Below, piece after piece: positions 1 to 13,404 of a stretch of 64,000 nucleotides of DNA. Under the pieces are notes generated by a model. It did no database searches and had not been told where the DNA came from. It was given only the letters and a program-made list of their open reading frames with translations. The first letter of the stretch is position 1. Every line of letters begins with the position of its first letter. A program made the position numbers and the translations under genes. Origin of the DNA: Rozella allomycis CSF55 (Eukaryota); assembly GCA_000442015.1 (NCBI GenBank), contig KE561300.1:62001-126000 (forward strand), read 5' to 3'.

Positions 1-1338
1 GCAAGATGAATGAGCAAGTGACGAGTTGTTGTTTGTCAGCGTTGCTTTGTTGTGCTTATTGTAGAGTTGAATCCTTTGAAAGATTTATTGAATTTTCAGT
101 TTCAATGTTTCTTTCAATTTATTCAAGTTTTCCAGTTAATCATTTAATAAATGATATTACAAGTGAAATTATTTCATTATTGTCTCAAGTAATAAATAAA
201 ATTATTATTAGAAATAAAAGAATGAAAAATTTAGATTACTTTTTGAAAAATCGTTAATAAATGCAACAGAAACACTTTGTAATGGAAATGATGAAGAAAA
301 ATCATCAATTATTCAATTTTTGAGTTGTCTTGTTGATTGTATTGATGAATTATCATTGGATTCTCCTTATGTTTTAATTATTCCAAATATTTGTTCTTGT
401 TTTGTTAATTCAAATGATTTAAACCTTCAACAAGTAAATTTCCAAATCTATTTTTAGAATTAGGCAGCACAAAAATTAATTTCTTTAATAATTTCTAAAA
501 ACAAGAAAATTATTTCTTCGTATTCTTTAATTATTCAACAAAGTTTATTAAATTGTCTTTCAAATGGCTATTTTGATTCTCAATTGTTTATTAAAACTCT
601 CTACAATGTTAAACATGAAAATCCAATCAATTTTCTTTCAAATTTAATTCCAATTTTATTCAACAAAATTTCTTCTTTTGATCCTTCAAGCCAAAAATTC
701 ATTTTTACAATTTCTATTTTAATTCATCTTATTCATCTTTATGATCAATCTCTAGAAATTATCTTTAATCTAAATTTTGATCTTTTTCTTAAATCTTGGA
801 TCAATTCGTTTTCTGAAATTCAATCAGAAAATTACATGGGTAGAATCTCTATTCTTTCTCTATGTAAACTATTAAATCTCAACAATCCATCTATCATGAA
901 TTTCAACGTTCTAAAAGAAATTCAATCTCAAAGCAATAACAAAATTATCACAAGAAGCAAATCCAAATCTTGTAATACATTTTCATTCTTTTCATTCTAG
1001 TGACAAAAGAATTCATTTCTATCCCTTTTGTTGTTAGAGCCGTTGAATTGTTAATAGACTCTCTCAACACCATTCAATCTCTTAATAACAACAAACAAAA
1101 TTCATTCGAACAAGATGAAAACAGTGATGACACCGATTGGGAAGATGACGATGAATGCACCCCAGATCATCAGTCTCTCTTGGGTGCTTTCAATTCTCTT
1201 CCAACTGTAGAAGAATTGGCTTTTGATGTCATTGAAAATGATCCCTCTGCTAACATTGATCTCATCTCTACTATACATCAAACTATCAACATGTGCACTC
1301 ACAATTATCCCATTGTCAATCAATACCTTGAAAAATAA
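1..1338 (+). CDS. Importin-9/Kap114-like karyopherin, 3' part (5' truncated by window edge, multi-exon)
   Basis: HEAT-like Leu/Ile-rich exons, then IITRSKSK, FISIPFVVRAVELLIDSL and an acidic DWEDDDE loop as in importin-9 C-termini. Confidence 0.65.
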
Positions 1339-1430
1339 ATTAAAATTTCTTTGAAATAGGTTTTTTTATCATTTATTATGCTACAAACATTTAAGTGAAT
1401 CTATCAAGGGAATTTCAGAATAATTTCTTA

Positions 1431-2795
1431 ATGAACAATGCAGGTTTATTCAAAAACAACATTAAAAAAATTCTACAAAAACCATTATTCGGATCAGAAT
1501 ATATTCTAAACGGTTGGGCAAAACAAGTTCGAAAGCAAAAGACAAATTTATTCTTTCAACTATCAGACGGTTCTAATTTGCATGGCCTTTCCTGTCTCAC
1601 AAAACCAACCAATCAAATAACAAACGGCTGTTCCATGCTAGTCAAAGGAAACCTTCAATCACATCCAACTCTAGGAACACCTGAACTACTTGTAAATGAA
1701 TTCTCAATTCTCGGCAACTCTGACGTAATTTCCATAATAACTAACAATAGGAAACATATCCAATCCAGAAACGAAGAATGACAATCGACGAGCTAAGAAA
1801 CTCTCTCGTACATTTCAAACCCCGGACATCGATCGGTCTAGCATACACGAAACTGAACCACCATCTCACAAAATCAATCCACGACGCATTCGCGAAACTA
1901 GATTTCACACAAATATACACACCATTAATCACATCAATGGACTGCGAAGGCGCCGGAGAAACATTTTCATTGGGCTCGCAGCTAAATTGTAACGCCAATC
2001 TGACAGTATCGGGGCAACTGCATCTGGAAATATTTGCAAATTGCATGGCCAAAGTGTACACTTTCGGGTCAACGTTTAGGGCAGAGAAGAGTCACACTAA
2101 TAGGCATCTGGCGGAATTCAGGATGGTGGAAGGCGAAATGGCTTTTCTTGATGATGTTGGAGAATTGATGGATTATATAGAATTCATTGTGCGGGAATCT
2201 GTCAATGATGTGTTTGGGAAATGCAGCGATGAGTTGAAGGTTCTACATGAGTTTAATCGGGCAGAGAGTGGGCTGGATCATTTGATGAAAAATTTTCATA
2301 GAATATCTTACAAGGAGGCTATAAAGATATTGCAAAAAGAGTATAGGGATATTGAGTTTGGATCAGATCTGTCGCGAGAACATGAATTGTACCTTACAAA
2401 TGTTCACTTTAATCATTCCCCTGTATTTGTATATAATTATCCGAAATCGTTGAAACCCTTTTATATGCGACAGGTTGACGATGATAGTTCTCTTGTATCC
2501 TGCTGTGATCTACTGGTTCCACATGTCGGTGAAATTGTTGGCGGCTCCTTGAGGGAAGAGCGATATTCAAATCTACTAGCAAATATACACGGTAAGTCCA
2601 ACTAAAATATGTTTTATAGAAAAGGGCATGGATCCAAAAAAGCTGGACTGGTATCTAGACCTCCGAAAGTATGGAACAACTAGACACGGTGGATTCGGAC
2701 TAGGCTATGAAAGACTATTGCAGTGGATCAGTGCGAGCCAAAATATCAAAGATTGTGTCTTTTTCCCTCGCTCTAATGGACATTGTCCAATATAG
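1431..2795 (+). CDS. NARS2: Asparaginyl-tRNA synthetase, probably mitochondrial (3 exons)
   Basis: OB fold (GWAKQVRKQK..F..LSDGS), LTVSGQLHLE, TFRAEKSHTNRHLAEFRMVE, KPFYM, GEIVGGSLREER, final exon HGGFGLGYERLL; introns ~1725-1750 and ~2592-2619. Confidence 0.9.
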
Positions 2796-2857
2796 ATTAT
2801 TAATAAACGATTGGCCAATATTCCAATTTTCATTTGTCAAATTTCAAAATAACAACA

Positions 2858-5800
2858 ATGGACTCATTATTTAAGAAAATAGGCCAAAAACTTGACAGAA
2901 CCAGTTTGGTGAAATCATCGAATCCGGGGATCCCAGATTCACCGACGAAATCGTCAATGTCTGATGGGTTTCCGTCCATGTCAATTCCAAATCTCACGAC
3001 AACGACGTATGGCAGTGTGGCGAGTGTCAAGAGTGCCTTTTCGCCTGGATCTCTAGACGGTATAATATTCATGAAATTGAGAATAGGCGACGAGCTGATA
3101 TCGCCGATTAGTTTGAGTGCCGGGCCGCCGGACGATGAAACATTGAACCAGTTATTTGAAAAGCTTATGGTAACGATTTGATGGGAGGAGTAGAGGATTC
3201 GATGGGGTTTGAGGAAGGGAAGAGGGTTGCGATGAGACTGATTAGCAAGGATGCCAAGTGGACGATGCTGCAGTCTCAAATGAGCCGGGATACAAAGGAA
3301 GTATTGTGAATTATGAGGTGTTATAAAGGGGAAAAACAAGCAGGATGGGAAAGTGGACAAGACGTCTCCCGAGTATTATGTCAAGAATCTATTTGATCCG
3401 AGCAGGGTCCATCTAAAAGTTTTGGCGGCGTTGAGAGTATCACTGACTAATCAGCCTATCAGGTAATAAAGGGAATGTAACTAATGACAGTTGGGTGCAG
3501 TCTTATATTGAGTTGAATGGATTGCCGGTGCTGTTGAATATCTTGAATTGTATTCATGCGAAAAGACAAATGTATGTATATTGAAAGTGTGTGATAGGGA
3601 TGCAAATGATTTGAATGCCGAGTTTGAATCATTGAGAGCGTTGAAGGCATTTATGAACAATAAGCATGGGATAAAGGAAGCATTTAGAAATGAGCAAACA
3701 ATGTGTACTGTTGCTTTATCAATAGATTCTCCTAATTTAGCGAGCAGAAAACTTGCGCTTGAGCTTTTGGCTGTATTTTGCTATGTAGATCCGCCGAATG
3801 GACATTTGATGGTTGTGAAAGCGATGGATGACTTGCAAATGAACCGAAAGGAGGATTCAAGATTTTCTATTATGTGTTCGTCGATTCAGGAGATAATTGA
3901 GCAGCATGATAAGAATACAGAGAGGGATGTGATTGAGTATTTTATAACGAGCATGATCTTTGTGAATGCGGTTATTTCAACGCCAGAAGAGTTGGACTAC
4001 CGAATGCATCTTAGAAATCAGTTTGTGCAAGCTGGATTGTTGAATATTGTCGATGTAAGTGATTGAAATGGGTTTGGAAAGGAATTGCGGTTGACTGGGA
4101 ATGAGTATTTGGCTAAACAGTTTGATGCGTTTGAGATGGAGATGGATGAGGATTATGAAGAATTTGTGATTATGAGGGATAATTTGAGAATTGATTTTAC
4201 GGATATCAGAGAGATTTCAGAGAGTTTGATTGAAGCTAGTGAAGGGACAAGAGCGAGTGGTCATTTGTTGTCAATGTTTCAGCATTTGATTTTGATTCGC
4301 AATGAGCCTGGAATTAGGTAAATTTAAGTAATTTAAAGAAATAAATAAAGGGCTAATTATTTTAGATTGATTGATGGGATAATTGCACAGATTGTATTGG
4401 ATGGGAAAGGCATTGATCCAGATTTCACAAGTCGGTTTAATATTTCATTGGAGAGTCTTTTTGAAAAGTTGTCAGTAGATGAGAGATCAATTGGAAGTGA
4501 AAAGATTGAAGAAGAAGTTAAAAAGAGAACAATGAAACTTTTAAGAGAAAAAGAAGAATTAGAAATTTTATTGAAAGGTTTTAAAATGTTTTAATTAAAA
4601 TAGAAAAAAATAAAGATTTTGACTTTTTAACAATTTTACAAAAAGAATTGAAAGAATATGAAAAACTATTTGAAAAAGAAGATTTAAATTTTATAGAAAA
4701 CTTTAAAGTAAAAGTATCAAAGATTAAAAGAAAAGAAAAATCAAATTAATTTTGTAGCTTGTCCCGAGAATGCGGATGTTAAAGTTCCTCAATCTTATTT
4801 TGATGAAATGGAAAAACTTAGATTAGAAAATAAAAGATTAAAAGATTTGAAAAGAGAAGAATTAAATAGTAAACAAATTTATCTTTTGAAAAAGAATAGA
4901 TGATGACACCAAGGAAAGTAACTCTGACAAGGAAAGTAACTCTAACAAAGAAAGTAACCCTAACAAGGAAAGTAACTCTATTTTGTTGTAATGAAAGGTT
5001 CAAAGTCAACAATGCCTTCTATACCAATAAGTAAAATGTTATTCTTGTTTATTTAGGTAATGCTCCACCACCGCCTCCTCCACCAATACCTGGCAGTAAA
5101 TTCATTGCGTGAATTATACGTAGGTATCCCATTACCACCTCCAGCACCAATTATTGGACCACCACCTAATATCCCTGGGATACCCCCACCTCCTCCACTA
5201 GGAATACCTCCACCTCCTCCACTAGGACTACCCCCACCCCCTCCACCTTTAAATATCCCAGGTGCTCCGCCACCCCCAGGAATGCCAGGACCTCCTGCGC
5301 CACCACTAGGAGGCAAACAAAGTCAAATGAAAACCAAAAAGCAATATTTTCCATCAAAGAAATTAAAACAAGTGAATTGGGAAAAGCTACCAGAGACTGT
5401 TGTGAATAAAAGTATTTGGAGTAAATTGAATGATGAAGCGTGGGAACACAAACTGGATCTATTTTCACTTGAAGAAAAGTTTTTCATGAAAAATGTGGCA
5501 AGTAGAAAAATAAATTTAAATAAATTGAGAAATTAAAGAAGAAGTTTCAAAACCTTCAACTATTCTAGTTTTAGATTCCAAAAGAGCTTATAATATAAAT
5601 ATAATGCTTGGAAGAATAAAATACACTTTTGTTGAATTAAAAGAAGCAATCTTCAAAGTAGATGAAAATATTTTAACGGAACAACTTGTAAAACAATTTC
5701 TAAATTTCATTCCAACAGAAGAAGAAGTAAATTTCATTCTTGAATTCAAACAGAAAACTTCTCTACAAGAATTCAAAGATAAAACTGACAATTTAGGAAA

Positions 5801-6882
5801 AGCTGAATTATTCTTTCTTGAAATGCTTCAAGTTGAACATTATGAAGCTAGATTAAGAGCAATGGCATTCAAATATTCATTTCTAGAAAGATTTCATGAT
5901 CTTCAACAAGTAAATCTTTATTAATTATTTTATAGGAAATTGAATCTGTTATCGTTGCAGCCAAAGCATTAAAATCAAGCGTTTCTTTAAATAGCATTCT
6001 TGAAGTAATCAATTAAACTAAAAATAAAAGATTATTTTGTTAATTGGAAATTACATGAACAGCGGAAGTTTTAGGGGAAGCGCTTCGGGGTTCAAAATTT
6101 CAAGTCTAAATAAACTAATGGATACAAAATCATTTGACAACAAGACAACGTTGCTTCACTTCATTGTAGAAACAATCGACAATAAATATCCCTTGCTAAC
6201 TAAATTCGTTGATGACATTAAAGAAGTCTCAAATGCTAGCAGAGTCAACATTCAATCGGTTGAATCAGATCTAAATTTATTGAAAAAAGATATAGATGAA
6301 ACAAACTCAAATCTAATCTTGATTCAAAATTCTTCAAGTCATTCATTTTCAAATATAGATCAATTTGAAAAAGTAATGAAGAGGTACCTGGAAAAGGCTT
6401 CACATGATTTCTCTCAATTAGAATCTCAGTTCAAGGAAATGAACGACCTTTACAAGGAAATATTAAACCATTTCGGTGAAGATCCTTCAAAAACTACATG
6501 CGAAGAATTCTTTTCAGTCTTTAAACTATTTTCTTCAAACTTTGATGTACATTACACCTTTAAATGATTTAGAAAATATTAATCGATGTTAGACGGGACA
6601 AGGAAATGGAATCACAAAATGACAAGAAAAAGAAAGCAGATGATAATTCTCTCAAAAAGTCAAGGCCTAACAGACTCGGAATTCCTGATATTAGCGAATG
6701 TAATTACAATTAAAGTTTATTAAACAGCTGGAGGTGATCAAAAGGGTGTTATGGATTCGCTACTGGAATCACTCAAAAAAGGTGATGGAATCGATATTCA
6801 AGCACGAAGAGAACGGAGAATGAGAACTACTAGCATTACTGAGAAAACAAAAGAAATTATAGCTAAAACTATCGAATTGTAA
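2858..6882 (+). CDS. Diaphanous-related formin (GBD/FH3, poly-Pro FH1, FH2, DAD), multi-exon
   Basis: FH3 LRALKAFMNNKHG; poly-Pro 5060-5310; FH2 KLKQVNWEKL, GNYMNSGSFRGSASGFKISSLNKL; DAD-like GVMDSLLESLKKG near 6745-6785. Confidence 0.92.
4910..4980 (+). repeat. 18-bp tandem repeat x4 (CAAGGAAAGTAACTCTRA; KESNSD-like) in formin linker
   Basis: Four near-identical units read directly. Confidence 0.9.
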
Positions 6883-6949
6883 TAAATTTCATTTTAACAA
6901 TTTTGATCTTGATGGACCTGATAAATAGTAAAATTGAGTCTCCTACAAG

Positions 6950-7021
6950 TCCGCATTGGTCTAGTGGCTAGGATTTTGCGCTTTCACCGCAAAGGCCGGG
7001 GTTCGATTCCCCGATGCGGAA
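6950..7021 (+). tRNA. tRNA-Glu(TTC)
   Basis: Acceptor stem TCCGCAT/ATGCGGA, A box TGGTCTAGTGG, anticodon arm TTGCG-CTTTCAC-CGCAA, B box GGTTCGATTCC, oligo-T Pol III terminator just downstream. Confidence 0.97.
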
Positions 7022-7165
7022 TACTTTTCATTTTTTTAGCAATTGGAAATTAATGTTTTTTAAAAGCCAATTAAGCTATTTGCTTTTTATTGTTCTAGTT
7101 ACATTAACATTTGTAAGAAAACCATTCTCGAAATTTCATTATTTCAATATTGGACACAGGTTCCA

Positions 7166-7510
7166 ATGTTAGATTTTGAAGGCAACAATAGCTTCTCTCC
7201 CCTAGACTACATCAAAGAGCATGTCAAGACAAGCGAAGATGCTGAAAAGTTACTGGATCAGTTGAACGCAAACTTGGCCCAAGTGGAATCGAGAATCAAA
7301 GAATACGTTTCTTCTGAGCATTTGTTGTTGCTGAGCAATGCTCTGGGCAAAAAGCCCACCAAAGATTTACTCGATAAATCCTTTGAGACGTTGGAACAAG
7401 TTGAAAAGCTAAAGACTATTGCCGTGTATCCGTTTGAAAATATTAAATCACAGCATAGACTTTTGAAGCATTTGAATGCTATAATTTTTTATTTGAAAGC
7501 TGGTGGATAA
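7166..7510 (+). CDS. Short coiled-coil protein resembling the N-terminal domain of COG5 (CATCHR-type tether subunit)
   Basis: FSPLDY...LDQLNANLAQVESRIKEYVSSEHLLLLSNA pattern; only ~114 aa, possibly one extra small exon. Confidence 0.45.
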   Translation: MLDFEGNNSFSPLDYIKEHVKTSEDAEKLLDQLNANLAQVESRIKEYVSSEHLLLLSNALGKKPTKDLLDKSFETLEQVEKLKTIAVYPFENIKSQHRLLKHLNAIIFYLKAGG

Positions 7511-7650
7511 TATTATTGTTAGTGTTTAAGGCTTTTAGGCGGGTTGGATATTTTAGAGCAAATTTAATAAACTAGCGTGAAATTCTCTATTTTATGTTAA
7601 TTATCGGACGAGAGTATTTTAGGCACTCGTGAAATTGAATTTGGTAACTA

Positions 7651-8936
7651 ATGATAAAGCCAGGCCTATTGAGGAAATTATTGCTAACTTTTAGTTTGAC
7701 ATTATTGGTTTACTTTCTAATATTAAATAACAAGTCTTCCATTGCTATCACTAATTCTTCTGATTCATTGAAGAACACAAAGTCCGTCGTTCTAGGAGGT
7801 GATCATTTGACACCCATTACTTTCAGTGTTACTGCAGTTTACTATTTAAAAATGACAAAAATGTGGGATTTAATTATCTTCAATGAAGAAAGACAAAAAT
7901 ATCTATACCAAAGGCATATGGCAAAAATGAAAGAAAACGAGGAGCGATTAAAGAAGAATAGAGGTTACAGGGTATCCAGAAGCAAAGAAAATCCTATAAC
8001 TATATACTCGGTCAATGGGAATATGGTAATGAATGAATATGAAATTAATAGAAATGGCCCCATCTTTTCCAGTCACAAGATAAGCTTATTGAATGTTCTA
8101 TTCCATGCCAATTTAAAATAAGCGAATGCTCTGAAACTGCCGATGTTATATTGTCCATGACGGATTCCCACGATTACCAAAAGAAACATTCAAGACAAGC
8201 GCGAGCTGTCATAAGCTTAGAACCCGATCTGATTGATAGCACCGATATGCTTGATAAAATGGATATAATTATCGGTTTCCCTAAGTATGCAGAAATACCG
8301 ATAAACTATTTTTATGGAATGAAAGGTGATAAACCAATGGAAGAGTTGATGGGTCTAAATGCTGAGATAACTTTACCAGTTTGGCCTGATTATAAATCAA
8401 AGGCTATCGCGTCAACATTTATAAGCAATTGTTGGGCTTGGCAGAGAAATAAATATGTTGAAGATTTGCAAGCAGCTGGAGTTACAATCGACCATTTTGG
8501 TGGGTGTACGTTTGGAAAACAACGGGCTAGTGCGAGTAACGAAAAGGCAAAAGAACAAGCCAATTATCCATTTATCTTGGCTTTTGAAAACAGTTTAAAA
8601 GATGATTATTTCACGGAAAAGTATTTTCAGGGGCTTCAAACGTCAAAATCTATAATGATTTATCTTGGCTCAAAAAGAATTGAAGACTATGCTCCAACTA
8701 ATGAACTTTATTATATTCATGCATTGGATTATTCGCCAATAGAACTAGCATCGTACATGAACTACCTTTTGGAAAATCAAGAAGAATTCATGAAATATTT
8801 AACGTGGAAAAAGAAGGGGGAAATATTAAAGTCATTTAAAGAGTTGGAAAAGTATGATTTCACAAACACTGAAAAATGGATTTGTAGGACATGCGAACAT
8901 TATCACAAATTCTATGACTTTACGGAAAACAAATAA
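7651..8936 (+). CDS. GT10 alpha-1,3/1,4-fucosyltransferase, type II membrane
   Basis: N-terminal TM; intron 8026-8051 joins the two ORFs; FISNC, IDHFGGC and GT10 motif YPFILAFENSLKDDYFTEKY. Confidence 0.88.
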
Positions 8937-8950
8937 ATTTGAATATTTTA

Positions 8951-10526
8951 TTAAGCTCCTGAATGTTCAACTGGAGTGGTTTCTAGCTTTCCATTTTTGA
9001 TTATCGTCTTGAATTGCTCAGGCACAGGCTTTTCAATTAAATCATCATCATCATTAGCTCCTGGGAGAGAAACATTAAGTTCGCTACATTTAGCAGATAA
9101 TATTTCAGTGTCCAGCGACGTTCTACTCAGATATATTTGGCACCCGTCAGTTTTGTCCACAGATATTGTTGGACTATCATAAAAAACCAAAGAAATTACC
9201 ATTTTCCAAGTATTTGAATTTGCATTCCTTTAGAATTTACAATCTCGACGGTAGAAACAATTTGATCGGCAACAATGGCAACCTTTTTACAGTTTACAGC
9301 GCTGATCGCATTCACCTTGTTCTTGACTTGAATTACTGAATTGGAACAATTATAAATATTTATAACATTTTTGATTTCGGTCTCCGAAATGATGATGTTT
9401 TCATTTCCAATCTGATTTTCCTACATAGACAATATCCTTTTGACTTACAATAAACCATTTATTGCCTTCCAGTTCGATTCTTGCAGGCTTAGTAGTCTCA
9501 TTTATTTTAGGGCTTAAACTCTCGTTTTGCTTATTTTCAGCTTTGACTACTGAAGTAGATCTTAAGTTTGGATTTTTGTGTGTCATTTCAGATTTATCCA
9601 CTTTCCTTAACCCTTTAGTGACCAAGTCACCTTTATTCAATTCAGCAAAAAGATTGGTCATATCCGGGGCATTATTGTTTGAGGGCGCTGGCGCTGAGAA
9701 AATTGGAACAGGTCCTGGTGGAGGTGGCGGTGGTCCAGGGGCAACTTTCGTTTCTTTCTTACCAAAATCTTCGATCTTTGCCTCATCTCCTTTTGCATTC
9801 CAAACCAATCCAGTAGTGTGATGTGCTTTAACATATTTATGAAGTGCATCCAATACATTCAAAAAGCAAGAAGCCCATTCTACTTGCATCTTATCACTAT
9901 TTTTAATTCAATGACATTATTTACACATCCTTGTATTCTTTCATTATCCTATTTGAATAGAATTGAGCACTTTCTCTCATATCCTTGATATAACTTGCAG
10001 GAGTTGGTTCCTGTCACAATTTATCAAACTATTTACCACTACAAACCATCCAACAGCAGGAAAACCTTCTGCTACGCATGATAGGTGGTTGAAGAACTTT
10101 GATGGGCGATTAGAGTCCTTTATTTCTGTGACTTGTTTTGCTAGCTCCATTACAGGCTTAGTCAATGCCCCCATAAAGCTATTTATAGACAGTGGCTTCC
10201 TATGTCTAGATGCGTATAATATAATTTTTCTTGTTTCCTCAATGGCTTGATAGAATAGGTTTGTCAAAGGTTAGCAATGACGGACTATTTACCTGTTGAA
10301 TAACTAGATCATTTGTAGCGCTTGATATTTCCATAAACTTTTGAATATTTTCTGTAATAAATACATCAAACTCCTTCACAGACTGGGATAACTCTTCATC
10401 TTGAGGAACACGAGATTCTTCACTGTTTGTGGCGTTTGTTTTCAATCCTGTTAATCCTTCTAAGCGAGCAGTAGCTGCCTCTAATCTCTTTATAAGCAAC
10501 TGAAGCTGTTGATCAGACTGGGACAT
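8951..10526 (-). CDS. SRV2: Adenylyl cyclase-associated protein CAP/Srv2
   Basis: LIKRLEAATARLE N-terminus, poly-Pro, WH2-like GLRKVDKSEMTHKNP, C-terminal EKPVPEQF..EHSGA. Confidence 0.95.
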
Positions 10527-10646
10527 AACAATAGATGAACCAGGGTAGTGTAAATAATGTGGAATTAATTCTTATTAAATTATCTCTAATTAACGTCTAA
10601 TAATATATCCCAATTACTTTATTAAATTTTGAATTTTTCGTTTACA

Positions 10647-11200
10647 ATGTTTTTGTCGATCATGCGCTCAAATTATTCGACATCAGCTGTACACACACTA
10701 ACTATTACATTAATAGGCCAAAACCATTTTTAATCTTGGGAAAATTAATCATGTGGCGATTGCTACAAAGGATGTTACAAAAGTATCATCATTTTATTCT
10801 GATGTTCTCGGAGCGAAGATTTCCAAGCCCATGGTAAACAAATCCATTTAGGTTTAGACAGAAACTTCCAGAACATGGAGTAAAAACTGTTTTTGTGGAG
10901 TTGGGTGAGTCCAAAATTGAACTACTGGAACCTTTAGGAAATGATTCCCCCATTGCCGGTTTCTTATCGAAAAAGCCAGATGGTGGAATGCATCATATTT
11001 GTATCGAAGTAAGATAAAGTCACGACTTAAAGTTGGTGGATGATATTGGCGCTGCTATGAAGAAGCTTAAGACACATAGAATAAGGCTTTTAAGTGATGA
11101 ACCCAAAATCGGGGCACATGGAAAGCCGGTGGTATTTTTACATCCAAAAGACACCGGTGGCGTGCTAATGGAGCTGGAACAAGCTAATAAACAACAGTAA
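10647..11200 (+). CDS. MCEE: Methylmalonyl-CoA epimerase (VOC fold) with probable mitochondrial presequence; missed by the ORF track
   Basis: Spliced translation LGKINHVAIA..LPEHGVKTVFVELGESKIELLEPLG..GGMHHICIE..PKIGAHGKPVVFLHPKDTGGVLMELEQ. Confidence 0.93.
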
Positions 11201-11222
11201 AACTTTATTTCATTTTGAAGAA

Positions 11223-13286
11223 TCATTGATTTGGTTTTTCTCGTAACAGTTCCATAATTCTTAATCTACTTATCTTTCTATCGTATTCTTGATTCCGTTT
11301 CAATGTACCTCGCGTAACTATTCTTGAGCAGCCTATTTTGAATTTAAGATGACGAAATACCAGTAACAGGACAAACCAGTCCATTCGGATTGTGAACCAA
11401 AGCACTATTAACCCCCTCGCTAGAGTACGTATGCCCGCAAGAATTTGTCATTGCTTCTCTTATAGTCATTGTAGTGTAAGGGCATCTGGTTACAAGTGTA
11501 GATCCTTCTAACATTAGGTCGTCTTCATTTCTATCTTCGTTTTCTGTGAGTTTGATCTTTTGTTCCAGTAATTGCTAAAACATCTTGATTTATAGTTATT
11601 ACATTGCATTCAATTTCAAATGTTATCAAGGGATCGATGTTAAATGCCTCAGGCTTTACTTCAACAATCTTTTTAGAAAGTTGTTTTAAGTTCATGTGAT
11701 CGTCTGTATGCATCTGTGATATTTCTCTTTTTTGTAGCTGTGTTATTTTTTGCAACTCAAGGACTTCTTTAAACATTAAATAGCATTCTTTAATTTCTTT
11801 AGTCTCCCCTGCGGCACATAAATCTAAAGCCATCTCTTTAAAGATAGAAGGATCCAGGAGATGCTCCAAATCTTCAACTGAAGAATTAAATATTGTTCCT
11901 GTTCTTTGAACTTGACTTCGTAATGCCGAACTCATTTCAAAGCCACACCAAAAGATAAAAATGTTCTACAAGCATTCATATTTATTTAATTTAAAAAATT
12001 TAGAAGCGGATTCAAATGCCTTTTTTCTTTCAGAGAAACATGGAAATAATTGAAAGACATGAGGCATGTTTTCATACATTTCTAATGTATATTGCCCCAG
12101 CGGTGAATTATCATTATCTTTTGTCAGCTTTGCATGAAATTCGATTATTTCATCATGCAATATCTCTATGGATCCACATTGCTACAGTTCAATTTATTCG
12201 GCTATCTCTTACTATAAGCATTGGTGGCAAACCGCGTAGGGTGTCTGCAAAAAGAGGAGATACGTATGGATGCTCTAAAAGATCTTTTCCGTACAAATAC
12301 GCGGGGCTCATTTCTTTCATTTGACTGAACTCAACCAGATAGTCGCTGTTGGCATTTCTAGACCAGCTTTCAGACGAGCAAGTAAGATCCACCTGAATAA
12401 ATATAATGTTAATAATTCATATACCCACGGTGACATTACATATACAGATTTCGGAAGAGGGAATTTGTGATCTCTTAAATACAAGCAAAGTGCCTTTTTT
12501 TACACATCTTTACGTCTTACAATTGACAAACAACCACCAGCGCTATCTCCAGCAATATGGATTTGAGATGCTTTATATCCTTTATCATGAATTAGATTAA
12601 AATAGACATTAACGGCATCTTGTAAAGCACATGGGAAAGCATGCTCGGGAGTCAACCGATAGTCGACGGCTTTTTAAGTTATTTTATTTTAAGTTACAGC
12701 ATAAATCGAATCCGGTGTAGTCGACAAGTTTATATGTAACAGGTCTATGAAACGCTGATGAACATAGGCAAAATGCACCACCATGTAAATACAATATCAC
12801 ATTATTCTTCTCTCCATCCTTTTTCAATTTAAGCCATTCAACATGTATTTGCTGCTCATCTATCTCATTTCTTTCAACGTCAACAATTGGCGTGGTACTC
12901 GCCAAAGACGCCAAAGAATCACTTGACATTTTAATTGATGGTGATTTATCATTAGAGAGCCCGAGTTTCCAATATTTATTCATATTGTTTACAGGTATAA
13001 TTTCTGTATATACTAAGATTCTGCGAGGCACCTTAAAGCGGATCATTTCCCATGTTGATCTAGCCAACAATAATTCCTCATGCTTCATTGCAACAACTTT
13101 TCTTAGAATTGTTCTTAAGCATTCAATTGTATATTCTGTGCCAAAAGACCAGGTAGAATGTTGCCTGCCACATCTTTTCCGACGAAGGGCAACTTTGAAT
13201 AGGCTTGTCCAAAATGACGGAGCCAGTTTTGAATTTATCTTAATGAAATTATAAATCTTTGAGATTCGGGTAGGAACTCTTCCCAT
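11223..13286 (-). CDS. Alpha/beta hydrolase, HSL/GDXG family, with C-terminal extension (3' end approximate)
   Basis: LYLHGGAF, DYRLTPEHAFP, AGDSAGG (~12535-12558), HPYVSPLFA..GLPPMLI, MPHVFQLF. Confidence 0.85.
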
Positions 13287-13404
13287 AACGAGTGGCTACT
13301 GATTTACCAAATCGAAATGGCTTAGTATCCTATAAAAAAATCAAAATATAGACAAATTTATTGAAAAAAATAACTACTATAGGTTCTAGTAATTTATTTG
13401 TATT

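Noticed and set aside
5053-5468. Gly-rich minus-strand ORFs
   Set aside because: Antisense shadow of the formin poly-Pro FH1
8100-8160. Apparent split genes or frameshifts in GT10, GT15 and many other ORF pairs
   Set aside because: Explained by short GT-AG introns that restore the frame
9432-9440. ATATCCTTT U12-like donor (another at 12575)
   Set aside because: On the strand opposite to the host genes, so not usable as donors
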